A DNA stretch of 64,000 nt from Squalus acanthias (Eukaryota): positions 108,068,001-108,132,000 of the forward strand of contig CM059431.1 of the NCBI GenBank assembly GCA_030390025.1, given 5' to 3'. Below are positions 13,271 through 27,170 of this stretch, piece by piece. How positions within the stretch are numbered: the stretch's first letter is position 1; each line of letters starts with the position of its first letter. The notes beneath the pieces are model-generated. The model was given only the letters and a program-made list of their open reading frames with translations, did not search any database and had not been told where the DNA came from. Made by a program: the position numbers and the translations under genes.

Positions 13271-13494
13271 GCAGATCCTATAGGCGACACTACATTTCAT
13301 CTGAGGTAGTCGGTAAGATCTGGTATCAGCAGTGGCTCAGCTGGTCGCACTCCGAGTCAGAGGGTTGTAGGTTCAAGTCGTCGGCCTCGTGTAAACCCGC
13401 AATAAAAATCGCTTGCAAACCCATTTGATGTTCTTAAAAACAACTGAGATCTTTGGGATACCAGCTGAAACATATTCAAATGCTGAGTGGCTTT

Positions 13495-14068
13495 GTACAG
13501 GGCCTTGGTGAGACCACACCTTGAGTATTGTCGCCTTATCTGAGGAAGGATGTTCTTGCCATGGAAGGAGTTCAGCGAAGATTCACAAGGCTGATACCTG
13601 GGATGGCAGGAATGACATATGAGGAGAGATTGGGTCGATTGGGCTTATACTCGCTGGAGTATAGAAGAATGAGAGGGGATCTCATCGAAACATATAAAAT
13701 TCTGACAGGTCTGGACAAACTAGATGCAGGAAGAATGTTCCCGATGGTCGGAGAGTCCAGAACCAGGGGTCATAATCTAAGGATAACGGGTAAGCCATTT
13801 AGGACAGAAATGAGGAAGAATTTCTTCACCCAGAGAGTGGTGAACCTGTGGAATTCTCTACCACAGAAGGTAGTTGAGGCCAAATCATTAAATATATTCA
13901 AGAATGAGTTAGATATATTTCTTAAAGCTAAAGGTATCAAGGGATATGGGGAGAAGGCAGGTACAGGGTACAGAGTTTGGATGATCAGCCATGATCTCAT
14001 CAAATGGCGGAGCAGGCTCGAGGGGCTGAATGGCCTACTCCTGCTCCTATAATCTATGTTTCTATGAC
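13495..14068 (+). mobile_element. CR1 LINE 3' fragment
   Basis: ORF 13528..14052 is CR1 ORF2 C-terminus; tail ttctatg. Confidence 0.9.
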
Positions 14069-14837
14069 TTTCTGTGGGTTTTATTAAACTTCAGATTGCT
14101 AGCAATCATTTTATTTCTGTTTATTGCTGTAAGATTTATATTTTGCACGATACAAGCTGCAGGATTTGCTCAAACAGAACCCATGAAAGAATTTAATATG
14201 AGCATTTTTTTAACATGGAATCCTACAGGAGATGTGAATAAGGTGTCGTTTCCATTTTAGTCTGCACCACGCCCGAGGAGATTTTACATATAACGCAGAC
14301 CCATTAAATATTAATTTCTCCAGACTCGTACAGCACTGTGGTAAAACTTTTGGGTTTAATATATGAACTAGACAAGCCAATGAGCAGCCCCAGTAGTGTT
14401 AAAAAAAAAGTGAACTTAACAACTTAGTGCGACAAGTGTCATCACCAGTTGACATTCCCCAGCCTATGCTCATTAGGAGCTTCATTGACATGATTTAGTT
14501 CCAGGTGCTTATGTGGTTTAAATCTAGGGATGTTAATTGGACAATGACACCTGCACTTCCTCTGTATTCAAAATGTAAAACAGCGAATGAGCAGCAACAT
14601 CGACAGCCACCAGTAAAACTAGGAATTTAGGAAACTTAGAATTGAAGAGAAGTGCATTATTGCCTCCTCCCGTTTACTCCGCTTATCACTCCTACCCTGA
14701 AATGCAGTTCTTTCTACACTAGTGGTCAACATTTTGCAAGACCCTGGACAGTGAGTTTGGGTGGGGAACTCAACTAGGATAAAGAGAGATCACAGTCAAC
14801 CTGATCCGAACCTTATCTGGTACTTGTGCACATGAAA

Positions 14838-15290
14838 AGGAAAGACTTATATAGCACTTTTCACGACCTCAGGATGTCCCAAAGCACTTTACAGCCAATG
14901 AAGTACTTTTGAAGTGTAGTCACTGTTGTAATGTAGGAAACGCGGCAGCTAACTTGCGCACAGCAAGCTCCCACAAACAGCAATGTGATAATGACCAGAT
15001 AACTGTTTTTAGGTGTTGGTTGAGTGAGAAATATTGGCCAGGACACAACAGCAACAACAACTTGTATTTATATAGCACCTTTAACATAGTAAAATGTCCC
15101 AAGGCGCTTCACAGGATATTGTAAGACAAAAAATTTGACAAGAGAAAACTCTCCTGCTCTTCTTCTATATAGTGCCATAGAGTCTTCTACATTCACCTGA
15201 GAGAGCAGACGGGGCCTCGGCTTAATTTCTCATTCGAAAGACGGCACCTCCGACAATGCACGTTCAGTACACCTCAGTATTGCACATTCA
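14838..15290 (-). mobile_element. DeuSINE interrupted by an L2 tail fragment (~15047-15140)
   Basis: SINE body breaks after ggacac and resumes near gagaaaactctcctgctc; insert is the caacaacttgtatttatatagcacc L2 tail. Confidence 0.8.
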
Positions 15291-15534
15291 GTACAGATTG
15301 CTGGATATCAGACATGGGATTTTCTCTTACTTGCTTGGGGATGTCAAGTCAACTGTAGCATCCCTGCTGCAATAATATTTTTTTTTTCTTAAGGATTACA
15401 CTAGTATCACACCATAGTAGGGGCTTGTAATGATAACACCGTGGCCTGACATGATGTTGATATAGCTATATTGAGACTGCACATTCATTGCACATACACA
15501 GTCTGTAGTTAAGCTGGGCTTGTTATGTAGCAAT

Positions 15535-15985
15535 GAAAGAATTCAAATTATACCAGGAATGATACATGGACATCAAGGGTTAAGTTACGAGGAGAGATTA
15601 TACAAATTAGTGTAGTATGCCCTAGAATTTAGAAGGTTAAGGGGTGGTCTGATTGAAGTTTTCAAGATATTAAGGGGAACTTAATAAAAACCTTTTTAGG
15701 AGTGAAATTAGGAAACACTTCTACACACAAAGGATGGTAGGAGTGAAATTAGGAAACATTTCTACACACAAAGGATGGTAGAAGTTTGGAACTCTCTTGG
15801 CAAAAGGCTATTGATGCTAGATCAATTGTTAATTTTAAATTGGAGATTGATAGCTTTTTGTTAACCAGAGGTATTAACGGATATGGGCCAAAGGCGGGTA
15901 TATGGAGTTAGGTCGCAGATTAGCCATGATCTCATTGAATGGCGGAACAGGCTCGAGAGACTGAGGGGCCTACTGTTCCTATACC
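15535..15985 (+). mobile_element. CR1 LINE 3' fragment with internal ~41-bp tandem duplication
   Basis: ggagtgaaattaggaaaca(c)ttctacacacaaaggatggta occurs twice at ~15698-15780. Confidence 0.8.
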
Positions 15986-17827
15986 ATCTTAGAATGTTAA
16001 TGTTTCTAATTTATATTTTGTGCACATAACACTTATCCACTACCTAGTTCTTAACACTGACTTATTTCGATTATTTTCCTTACTTGGCGAAGACAAATGT
16101 CAAAGTGGATGATTTGACTTTTAATGCCAGCCATTATTTGATTTAGAAAGATAATTCAGTGTCTTTGGTATCATATGATGGCAGCAGCCTTGCTACTGTT
16201 AGCTGAAATATCGGAAACAAGGAATAATGAGGCATTTTAATATTTATATTTTATTCTCAACACACAGAGTGTGAAGGCCGTAAAAGAGGCCCGCCATTAT
16301 CACTGGGAGAATGATGGTAGAGTTGGGAGAAAGGCGAGTGAGACGGGGATTGTGGCCTTCAACAATAAGAGATAGGAAGTAAACAAAAAGATAAAGAGTA
16401 ACCTTGATATAGTTTCTATTGAAATAAAATTTTATTGGTAGCATTCATGGCTAAATGTTGTAGACTGGTGTGTATCTGGGTACCAGTCTAGAAAATCCCA
16501 GAGAGTTCAAGCACAACATACTAACTCTCCCCTCCCCCAGACCTGTCCTCCCATGAGTCACACACACCGAGCTATTTCTTAGAACTCCTTATCCATCTAT
16601 CGGGTGTATCTGGCGCCCATCCAGAAAACTCACCTAATTCATTGTCATACCAAATTAAAATGGCATTCCACATTTCCAATACTATCACACTAATGGAAAT
16701 CCATTACTGCAAATACTGACAAAGCCTAAAAGTTCCAACATAGTTAATCGATGACAGTGTATACAAAATGTTCCTCGAACCACTGTAAAACTCAGCACCA
16801 CCTTGAGACCTGAAATAGTTTTCTTTTTCTCTCTTATTCTGCTACCATTTCACACATATATGGTGTAATGATGGTGACGTATATATATATATTGCATAAT
16901 ATGATAAAATATATCGATCATTCTTATCGATAAGGGAGTCAGGGGATATGGGAATCAGGTGGGAAAGTGGAGTTTAGGTAGAAGATCAGCCATGATCGTA
17001 TTGAATGGCAGAGCAGGCTCGAAGGGCCGAACGGTCTACTCCTGCTCCTATTTCTTATGCAAGTAAAAGAATGCGAGAATGTTTGCGATATCCATCTTGT
17101 GTCATTTGAAAAGCCTCGGTGGGTTAAAGGGTTAATGCACTCACCAACTGGTAGCTCATACGTTATTGAATTAAAATCTGTTACGGGCAGAGAGATTTCT
17201 AACAATGAGCAGATGTCACCCACACAGCTTCCTCATCATTTTTATGTTTTGTGGTCATGACCACATCACCAAGTAACCAGAAAAAACTAATGACGTGCTG
17301 TACGGCAACGGCTGTGTGCTGGCATTTCTCTGTTTAAAACAGTGATCTTCCCAAATGCTAAGGCAAATCATTCCCAACGTGCATTCACACAGTCAGCTCT
17401 TTTTTATCCAAATGGTTTATCTTAATGACATAGCTACGCTTCAAACCTTTGAGATTGCAGGCTCATCTTACCATAACTCAGTTGGTGGTCATGTATGCAA
17501 TAAAAGGCTTATCCAGCACCTAATGTTTTTTGGTTGAGATAATCACAAATGTTAAGTGAAATTTTGGCTGCTGTAGAAATATGTATAATTAGACAAAATT
17601 CAATGCAATTAGAAAAGGCCCTGCATATGGATCATCTTTACTGAAGAAGGAGCAAAGAACATGAATTTTAGTCGACCGAGATGAAGTCAGGAAACTATGA
17701 TAGTGGCTGATCAGTATGTGGTTGTGCGAGGCAAATCTTGTAAATCTCAAAGAGCGATGATTTGTGGCATTCTACTGCGCGGTCAGTTTTACCTTAAAAT
17801 CACATATTCAAATGCTATGAAGATAGA

Positions 17828-18215
17828 CAACAACAACAACAACAATTGCATTTATATAGCGCCTTTAACGTGGTAAAACGTCCCGCGGCGCTTCGCAGGA
17901 GCGTCATCAAACAAAATTTGACACCGAGCCACATAAGGAGATATTGGTCACAGAGGTAGATTTTAAGGAGCGCCTTAAAGGAGGAGAGAGTGGTAGAGAG
18001 GCGGAGCGGTTTAGGGAGGGAATTCCGGAGCATAGGGCCTCGGCAGCTGAAGGCACGGCCGCCGATGGTTGAGCGATGAAAATCGGAGATGCACAAGAGG
18101 GCAGAATTGAAGGAGCGCAGAGATATCAGTGGGTTGTAGGGCTGGAGAAGGTTACAGAGATAGGGAGGGGGCAAGGCCATGGAGGGATTTGAAAACAAGG
18201 ATGAGAATTTTAAAA
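17828..18215 (-). mobile_element. L2-type LINE 3' fragment
   Basis: ORF 17815..18198 STIGGRAFSCRGPMLRNSLP; (ttg)n tail. Confidence 0.8.
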
Positions 18216-19527
18216 TCGTAGTTGGGATTCCAGTAAGTTAAAAGTTATGTTTTACTTAAAAGACTTAGTTCAACACAGACAGTTTATTAAACCCTCATGT
18301 ATAAAGAAAAAAAAGACTTATTTTTATAAAGAAAGAATGTACATTTATATAATGTCTTATCTCATTCTCAGGCCATCTCAAATCACTCTACAACCAATTT
18401 TTTTTTTAAGTGCACAGTGTTGATAATTATACATATTCTTGCTACCTAGTGACAGCTAGAGAACGAGAAAGAATGAGAAAACATCTGCAAAGATAGAGTT
18501 TTCAAACTACATATACTATCTAGGATATCCAAGAAATTGTCAATCAACGTTTGTCAAGGTAGCACCTACAAAAATGTGTTTTCTCACATTGCACCTTCTT
18601 TTGAAGGTCCATCGCAGTCTCCTACCTTTTATCGTGTGTGCAGATCAGAAGTCATTATTTGTTTCTACTTCAGCGGTCTGTTGAAACAGGTCAAATTATC
18701 ATGTAGAACTTGAGCATAATGTTCTGCATGGCAAGTAGCCTCGGACCTGACTGGCATCCTGTCTTCTATTTGTTGGTGAACTGCTTTTGGTTTTATACAA
18801 CTGTCTCCAGCATTTCCTCCACATTCGACAACAAAAAATGGGTTTGCGGTCTGAACCAAGAGAGTCAGGCTGGGAGGGGGAGAAGACATCACTCGCACAC
18901 GCACCAGATGGAGAAATCGATAAAAAAATGACGGAAATTTAGGATTTTTTTTTAATGTAACATATATCAGGTCAGCCAAAGTCAGGTCAATTCAAATTTA
19001 AATATTTATTCTGAACTCATCTCTAAAACCCTATGTACTCGGTCAATGAGGAAAGTACAGGCAGAGCAAAACTGCGGGCAAGAAGTCATTTGTTATTTTT
19101 TTTTGGCCACACTTTCAGTCTGCAGGAACCTACATAAAGGTGCAATTGTACATTGTAACGGTTCAATAACCCTTGTATTTTTCTATTTCCTAGGGCTGAT
19201 GTATTCCGTACGCATTGACATAGGATACCACTCAGGTAGAACATAGTAGTGATACTATAGTCAGATGTGACTGCGAATCTGACAGCATAACTTGCTTGTA
19301 GCACCATGTTCACTTCCTGGCTCACATACATGAATTTCTCACATCTTTATTTCTGTCTTCTCCAACCGGAGGGTTTTGTTTGTAGATTAATGTCAAACAT
19401 GCAATGGCTCCGCCTACTTATAGGGCAAATGCCTTGTCCTTTGTGCTCTCAGAAGCTCTACAACATGTTCTGAGCATGAGGTAGACACTGAACTAAGTGG
19501 TGCAAATCAGGGCATTCATCAAGTATC

Positions 19528-19925
19528 TTTTATTCACTTTATGGGATGTGGGCGTCGCTGGCAAGGTCAGCATTTATTACCCATCCCTAATTGCCCTTGA
19601 GAAGGTGGTGGTGAGCCGCCATCTTGAATCGCTGCAGTCCGTGTGGTGAAGGTACTCCCACAGTGCTGTTAGGGAGGGAGTTCCAGGATTTTGACCCAGC
19701 GACGGTGAAGGATCGGCGATATACTTCCAAGTCAGGATGGTGTGTGACTTGGGGGGTAACTTGGAGGTGGTGGTGTTCCCATGCACTTGCTGCCCTTGTC
19801 CTTCTAGGTGGTGGAGGTCGCGGGTTTGGGAGGTGCTGCCGAAGAAGCCTTGGCGAGTTGCTGCAGTGCATCTTGTAGATGGTACACACTGCAGCCACGG
19901 TACGCCGGTGCTGGAGGGAGTGAAT
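19528..19925 (-). mobile_element. CR1/L2-group LINE 3' fragment (second lineage)
   Basis: ORF 19587..19898 RRSFTVAGSKSWNSLP...QRFKMAAHHHLLKGN; homologous to 30180-30840. Confidence 0.75.
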
Positions 19926-20219
19926 GAGTGAAGTACCCTAATATGGTTGAATTTGGGTAATTGAGGCTTGGGTGAAAGTGGTGGTGCCTATCTCTGCATA
20001 CTTTCCCCATTTTTCATTGGTGTATCAACCAGTTATTTACTGAACAACTCCCATCTTTGGTTGCAGAACCTTCGGAAAGCTTGAGCCGGATGAGGCCTTC
20101 CATCATTTGCATGAAGCTGACCTGCTTTCTCGCTTCAACTAAAGACAGAAAATGCCGGTCTGTCAGCGTATGAAGCATGAGGCAATGGCACTCAGCCCTT
20201 TAACATTTGTGACTGTTAT

Positions 20220-20540
20220 TTTTCTTTTATTCATCCTTGGGCATCACTGGCAAGGCCAGCATTTATTGATGTTGGGGACCTTCCTCTTGAACTGCTGCAA
20301 TCTCAGCGGTTCAGTGACTTGCTCGGTCACATCAGAGGGCAGTTAAGAGTGACGTTGATGCAGGACTGGAGTCACATATAGGACAGACTGGGAAAGAACC
20401 ATTCTCTGAAAGGACATTAGTGAACCAGTTGTTTTTTTTTTCAAGCTGTCATGGTAGGATTTGAATTGAGCTTCTCTGGATCATTAGTCAGGCCTCTGGA
20501 TTACTAGTCCAGTAACATAACAGCTACACTACCGTACCCC
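20220..20540 (-). mobile_element. Degenerate copy of second tRNA-headed SINE family
   Basis: Reverse-complement similarity to 57208-57636 (ggattactagtccagtaacataac, ggacattagtgaaccag). Confidence 0.7.
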
Positions 20541-20897
20541 TAAGCAAGTGTATTTAGCAAACATTGTTTGTCCCTCTTTCGTTAAATAAATTCGCTCAAT
20601 AATTTGCACCTAAAATGAGTTCTCTCACTGCGATGCTTTACCATTTGTTGCAGACAGGATCAATAGATCGAACGGAGACTTAAATTAATTCCAATAGCTA
20701 AAATAAATAATTAATCAAAAGGTTTTTTTTTAATGTTATCCAGAGCACAGTACTGAAAGCTTACTCATCTAGATATCAAGGCTAGTGAAGATGATCTGGA
20801 AGGCATCGGGAGTAATCTAAAATATATAGGATGAAAATCTGAAGTAAGAGTAGGAACCACCCAACACATAACACAAACTTTGGTCTTGTGTATTTTT

Positions 20898-22650
20898 CAG
20901 AATGATACCAGGGCTAAAAGGGTTAAGTTATGAGGACAGGTTGCATAGACTAGGCTTGTATTCCCTTGAGTATAGACGATTAAGGCGTGATCTAATTGAG
21001 CACGGATTTGTTAAGGGAAGGTCATGTCTGGCAAACTTGATTGAATTTTTTGAGGTGGTAACAAGGAGGGTAGATGAGGGTAGTGCATTTGATGTAGTGT
21101 ATATGGACTTTAGCAAGGCTTTTGATAAGGCAGACTGGTCACCAAGTTAAAAGCCCATGGGATCCAGGGCAAAGCGTCAAGTTGGATTCAAAACTGGCTC
21201 AGAGACAGGAAGCAGAGGGTAATGGTTGATGGGTGTTTTTGTGACTGGCAGGCTGTTTCTAGTCGGGATCCGCAGGGCTCAGTACTAGGTCCCTTGCTTT
21301 TTTGTGGTACATATCAACGATCTTGACTTGAATATAAGGGGAATGATTAAGAAGTTTGCAGATGATACTAAAATCGGCTGTGTGGTTGATACTGAAGAAG
21401 AAAGCTGTAGACTGCAGGAAGATATCAATAAATTGGTCAGGTGGGCAGAACAGTGGCAAATGGAATTCAATCCAGAGAAGTGTGAGGTAATGCATTTGGG
21501 GAGGGCTAACAGGGAAAGGGAATACACATTAAATGGTAGGACACTGAGTAGTGTAGAGGAACAAAGGGACCTTGGAGTGCATGTCCACAGATCCCTGAAG
21601 GTAGCAGGCCAAGTAGATAAGGTGGTTAAGGCGGCATACGGAATGCTTGCCTTTATTAGCCGTGGCATAGAATACAAGAGCAGGGGGGTTATGCTTCAAC
21701 TGTATAAAATACTAGTTAGGCCTCAGCTAGAGTACTGCGTGCAGTTCTGGTCACCACATTACAGGAAAGATGTGATTGCACTAGAGAGGGTACAGAGGAG
21801 ATTTACAAGGATGTTGCCGGGAGTAGAGAATCTTAGCTATGAGGAAAGAATGGATAGGCTGAGTCTGTTTTCATTGGAACAGAGGAGGCTGAGGGGAGAC
21901 CTTATTGAGGTGTATAAAATTATAAGGGGCATAGACAAAATGGATAGAAAGGACCTATTTCCCTTAGCAGAGGGGTCAAAAACCAGGGGGTACAGATTTA
22001 AAGTAATTGGGGGAAGGTTTAGAGGGGATTTGAGGGGAAATTTCTTCACCCAGAGGGTTGTGGGGGTCTGGAACTCACTGCCTGAAAGGGTGGTAGAGGC
22101 AGGAACCCTAACCACATTTAAAAAGTACTTGGATGTGCACTTGGGATGCTGTAACCTGCAGGGCTATGGACCAAGAGCTGGGAAGTGGGATTAGGCTGGA
22201 GAGCTCTTTGTTGGCCGGCGCGGACACAATGGGCCGAAATGGCCTCCTTCCGTGCTGTAACTTTCGATCATTCTATGATTCTAGGTGTTTAAGATAATTA
22301 ATGGAGTTGATAGGGTAGACAGAGAGAAACTATTTCCTCTGGTGGGGGGAGTCGAGAACAAGGGGGCATAACCTTAAAATTAGAGCCAGGCCGTTCAGGG
22401 GTGATGTCAGGAAGCATTTCTTCACACAAAGGGGAGTGGAAATCTGGAACTCTCTCCCCCTCCAAAAATCAGTTGAGACTGCGGATCAATGAAAATTAAA
22501 AAACTGAGATTGATAGGTTTTTGTTAGGGAAGGGGATTAAGGGTTTCTGAGCAAAGGCGGTAGATGGAGTTAAGGTACAGATCAGCCATGATCTAATTGA
22601 ATGGCGGAACAGGCTCGAGGTGGCTGAATGGCCTACTCCTGTTCCTATGT
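20898..22650 (+). mobile_element. Host CR1 fragment (20898-21000 plus ~22285-22650) split by a nested CR1
   Basis: Host frame ...RRLRRDLIE stops at 21000 and resumes gtgtttaagataatt (VFKII) at 22285. Confidence 0.85.
21001..22282 (+). mobile_element. Nested CR1 LINE, 5'-truncated, with reverse transcriptase C-terminal half
   Basis: HGFVKGRSCLANLIEFF...YMDFSKAFDK, then a 296-aa ORF (21304..22194) with KFADDTK; ttctatgattct tail. Confidence 0.92.
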
Positions 22651-23304
22651 GGAAAAATTAAAAATGCCCTGTGTTGACTCAGAATGATCATGGCTTGCTT
22701 ATCTGATTATATATTTTACTCTGCTCATGTACGGTGCATGATGGGATGAGAAGGAATTATAAAAAGTGGTAACTATCGTCATGTGTTTTATGTTGGTGTT
22801 TCTATCCCTTGCAACCAACTGCACAATTACTCCAAATTCTTTTTATGAGGACATTGCTGATTCCCACACATTTGATGGTTATCTCCTTCACAGGCAATGA
22901 CCATCATTACTTATTCATGTATGCTAACACTTTTCCTGCACTGGCCTGTTTATTAGCATATATAATGAGATTCACCAATATTTAGGGTACTAAGTCTCAA
23001 TGCATTTTACAGTATTAATAAATTCAGCAATATCTCTACTGAACAGCTGGGGCTTTTTCAATTTCTATTTCATTACTTTTTATGGATTGTGCCAGAAATT
23101 TCGATATCAATATATTTTTCACCACGGAAAGCTATTCCAGGACAGTACAGTGCATTAAAATGATACTTTATTGCTTTTACATTTTTCAGTATCTCAGAAC
23201 AGCACAGAAGATGCTTAAATGTCCACACGTTGGAGGAGATTTACTGGTCATCTAGAGCAGTTCAGTTCCATAGTGTCCACATAACCAAACAAACTATTAT
23301 TTGG

Positions 23305-23508
23305 AATAACAACAGAAAATGCTGGAAACACTCAGCAGGTCAGGCAGCATCGAGGAGAGAGAAACAGAGTCAACGTTTTGAGTTGGGGTCCCGACTCGAA
23401 ACGTTGACTCTGTTTCTCTCTCCTTGATGCTGCCTGACCTGCTGAGTGTTTGCAGCATTTTCTGTTGCTATTTCAGATTTCCAGCATCCCGCAGTATTTT
23501 GCTATTGT
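23305..23508. mobile_element. Palindromic Penelope-derived mini-element
   Basis: ~80-bp inverted arms; exact 14-bp TSD AAACTATTATTTGG (23291-23304, 23509-23522); arms match 63807-63879. Confidence 0.75.
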
Positions 23509-23949
23509 AAACTATTATTTGGCATCGGTCTCCGACTCCGACTGAGACAGATTTTAATATTTTAGCACAATAGTGATACATTCCATGCAGCTTCTGGCGC
23601 AATGTTCCGCCATTGGTCCAAATCTCAGGTGCACCCCTGCAAATTTTGCTTTGCAGGTTCTGCCCTCTATTTGGTCTTGGTTTGTAGCATGCACGGTTGG
23701 GGGGAAATTGGAAAATTGGGTGCAAGAGCAGCTCACCATAGAAGGGGAAGTTGTGATCAGCCGGCCATTGCCGGGATAGCTGTCGCTGATGTGCACATAG
23801 CTTCTGTGGTCAGAAAGCATCTAAATATTCACAAAGTACAAACACTTACTCTTCATCAAGGTCATAAGTTTGGTATGAAGAGCCTTGATAGCTACATGGG
23901 TTCCATGTGTCACTCCTTGCACTCAAGAAAAATCTGCTATCGAGTGAAA

Positions 23950-24420
23950 GTGTCAGCCAGTGGCTCAGTTGGTAGCACTCTCGTCTCTGAGTCAGAAGGT
24001 TGTGGGTTGAGGTGCCACTCCAGAGACCTGAGCACAAGATGACACTCCGGCATATTTCTGAGTGATTGCTGCACTGTCGGAGGTGCCGTCTTTCGGATGA
24101 GACGTTACACCAAGGCCCGTTTGCCCTCTCAGGTGGACGTAAAAGATCTCACGGTACTATTTCAAAGAAATGCAAGGGAGTTATCCCCGGTGTCCTGGCC
24201 ACTATATATCCCTCAACCGATATCACTAAAACTGATTATCTGGTCATTTATCACATTGCTGTTTGTGGGACTTTGCTGAGTGCAAATTAGCTGCCACGCT
24301 TCCTACATTACAGCAGTGACTACACTTTAAAAAAAAAAGTACTTCATTGGCTGTAAAGCGCTTTGGGATGTCTTGAGATTGTGAAAGGTGCTATATAAAT
24401 GCCAGTACTTTTTACTTTCA
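23950..24420 (+). mobile_element. DeuSINE (SacSINE1-like)
   Basis: gtgtcagccagtggctcagttgg head, central body, L2-like tail. Confidence 0.85.
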
Positions 24421-25943
24421 GAATATGCCACACATTGTCATAATTTGTATATAAGTGTTGGAATGTATAATCAGTATGTCAAAATGCCATTTTCAAAGCA
24501 TTTAAATGTACAAGAGAAGAGCCTGATGAAAGAGTCTGGTTATGTGTATTGTTACGTATGATTCCAGCAATGCTTGGATCCTGATGGTAGTGATTGGAAA
24601 CCAACTTGGTGCCTTAGGAAGCTGCATTTGTTTTTTTTTTAATCCAACTGTGCCCAGCACTCCATCCAAAATCAGTATCAATTAAAAAGAACAGAATCCC
24701 TGTTAAGACAGTCGAGTTGTGACACCATGAGAGATCTCTTAGTACAGACACAGGATGGAGAAAACAATGATAACATACCCTCCTCATCTGACAAGCCATT
24801 TGAATCACAATCATCTAAATGTATCCAAATCAGCGTGAATGGGTTTTAATATCATTTATGCCATGGTGTTGAAATTTGTTAAGCAACAAAATAGTTTGCC
24901 AAACGCTTTTTTCTGCAACGGTGCTCAAAGCACTCCCCTCCGCTTCTCTCCTGAAAGCAGCGAGTCCTTGCTGGAATAGGATTTCAGGGACTCCAGTCAC
25001 GAGAACCTCAGCCAAGTAGCCACTGTTGTGAAAGGGAGTTCACTGGATAGCAATCGGGAGCAGGGAGCAGGGACCCTACTTGATTTTCACCTGCCAAAAC
25101 CAGGGCCACTCATCCCGATTGGAATCCCCTTACCATTGAGATCAGCGGTGATCAAGTAACTCAGCATAGATCGAGTATCAAAAACAGGAGCTTTGTAGCC
25201 TATGTGCTTCAACCACTCAGTGCATAAACTTGCGGAACTATTGGGAGAACGAAGATTGATTTTGTTTAATTCTGGTCCTTCAGGAAGGGAAGCCCGTTTG
25301 AAATTCTAAACCACACAGAAAAATATTATCCTGGTGAAGCACTATGGATACGCTGACAAAACTAATCTAAATATCGCTGTTTTTGTTTTAAAACAGTTTA
25401 AAAAAAGACATAAAATACTCTCATCAGGATCAATCCCCAAAATTTATAGAGGGTTGCAATGTTAAAAGTAGTTTAGCAGCTACATCAAACATATAACAGG
25501 GTCAATTTACACATTTTCACTCCCGATGTGGAGCTTTGCTTCGCCAGCAAAGCATACCATAGAATCGCACAGTACAGAAGGAGGCCATTCGGCCTATTGT
25601 GCCTGTGCTAGCTCTTTGAGCTATTAGATTAATCCCACTCCCCTGCTCTTTCCCCATAGCCCTGTATAATATCAACAAATTGGGCACAGAAGTTAGTAGA
25701 CTCCCACAGGATTTCCCATCCATTGATCGTGTTAAATTTGCCCGCACAAAATTTAGCCCAGGAATGCAAGCTTCATTAACATTTTGAGTTCCACTTGAAG
25801 TTTCTGCTAGAAATCAACTGGCCTGCCTGAGCACTGGCAGCATCCATGAGAAAGTCTGTTCACGTAGAATAGTGTGCATGCGGGGGCAAGGAAGTAGTGA
25901 TGCAAGAAGGTGATTGGAAATAAAACATCTCTTGTCACCTTAC

Positions 25944-26140
25944 CATAGTATAGCTGTGAGCCACCTTCATTAATTCAGTGCAGCCCTGAGCATCAGCAAA
26001 TGCACGGATACCCAGACAGTTTGATGGATGGAGCAGCTTCATCAGGAAATGGCAGCACACCTCCACCACTTGGGAGAGTTGGAGCAGGCAGGCAGCTGCT
26101 AAGAGATTCTCGATTGTCTCCTCCTTTAACTCAAGGCAGC
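25944..26140 (-). CDS. KLHL1: Kelch-like protein 1 coding exon (likely exon 4), end of BTB/start of BACK
   Basis: ttgttttcag|GC TGC...ACT ATG|gtaagg; 197 nt; [66 protein letters not shown]. Confidence 0.95.
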
Positions 26141-26854
26141 CTGAAAACAAATACATTCCCAAAACACACGGTGACAAATATGTTCTCAAGAGGGACACGG
26201 TAAACAAAGACTTTCAAAAAGAACGTAATTTTTCTGCACTGTTCGCAGTGACATGCTTTGTTCTCCGTGCTGGTCACTAATAATGAAAACCATCAAAAAG
26301 TAAATTTGAACAGTTTGTGTGCAAATTCTACGCTAAAGAGACAAATGACTTTATTCCGAACTGTTTAACAAACCTTTGTTCAGCAATCACGGAGATGTGA
26401 TATAAATTACTGCATTGTGAAAGTGCCACCACGCATTAAGTAATTGCAATACAAATGATGCACAACGGTTTCCCCTCCTCCAGCATAGAAATGCTAACCT
26501 AGAATTTCCAATCAGCACAATTTTAACACTGCTGTTTACTCATTCATTTCAAATGGGTTAATTGAGCGTTAAATATAACTTCACTCAGAAAATCTAAACA
26601 AACATTTCTTTAATAATGCAAGTGGGTAACGGGTGAGCAAATGTATAATCACAGCAAAGATTGAATTGATCCTTAAAGATCAAGCTCCATATTAACAACT
26701 TCAGGGTTTAGATTTGGGGATGAAGTGATGCAAGTTCAAGGAGGTATTTGTTCCCCCATCTCCTACCTCAACTTATTCAAAATGAAGGAAGGGATATTTT
26801 CAAGTCATTTAAAAAATGCTTGAGGCACACATCACAATCAATTTTCACATTTCA

Positions 26855-27170
26855 TTATTTGTCCTTGGGATGTGGGTGACACTTGGAGAGACGACAATTA
26901 TTGTCCATCTCTCGTTGCCCCGAGGGCATCAAGAGTTAACCACATATTTTGAACTGAAGTCGTGTAAAAGCCAGAAAAGTTAGCGGTAGCATGTTCTCTT
27001 CCCTGAAGGATATTTGGTTTTACAACATAACTTTCATGGCCACTTTTTCTCTGGTGGCAGCCCACAAATTACCAGATTTATTGAATTCAATTTCACAACT
27101 TGCCCCAAGTGGGATTTCAACTCGCAGCCAATCAGTTGCCAGCCCAGTACCACAACTATTACACTTCCAT
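26855..27170 (-). mobile_element. Highly degenerate copy of second SINE family
   Basis: gggatgtggg tail remnant, ttccctgaagga, gggatttcaactc B-box remnant. Confidence 0.5.

Noticed and set aside
21304..22194. 296-aa ORF as a host gene or active retroelement
   Set aside because: 5'-truncated CR1 ORF2 with an upstream disruption; no endonuclease domain or ORF1
24520..24545. Other CTGATGA occurrences (about 24523, 32108, 39853, 57643) as hammerheads
   Set aside because: No stem II followed by GAAA
25935..26207. ORF-track extensions beyond the KLHL1 exons (also 58818-58882)
   Set aside because: Intronic read-through past canonical splice sites; similarity to KLHL1 stops at the junctions
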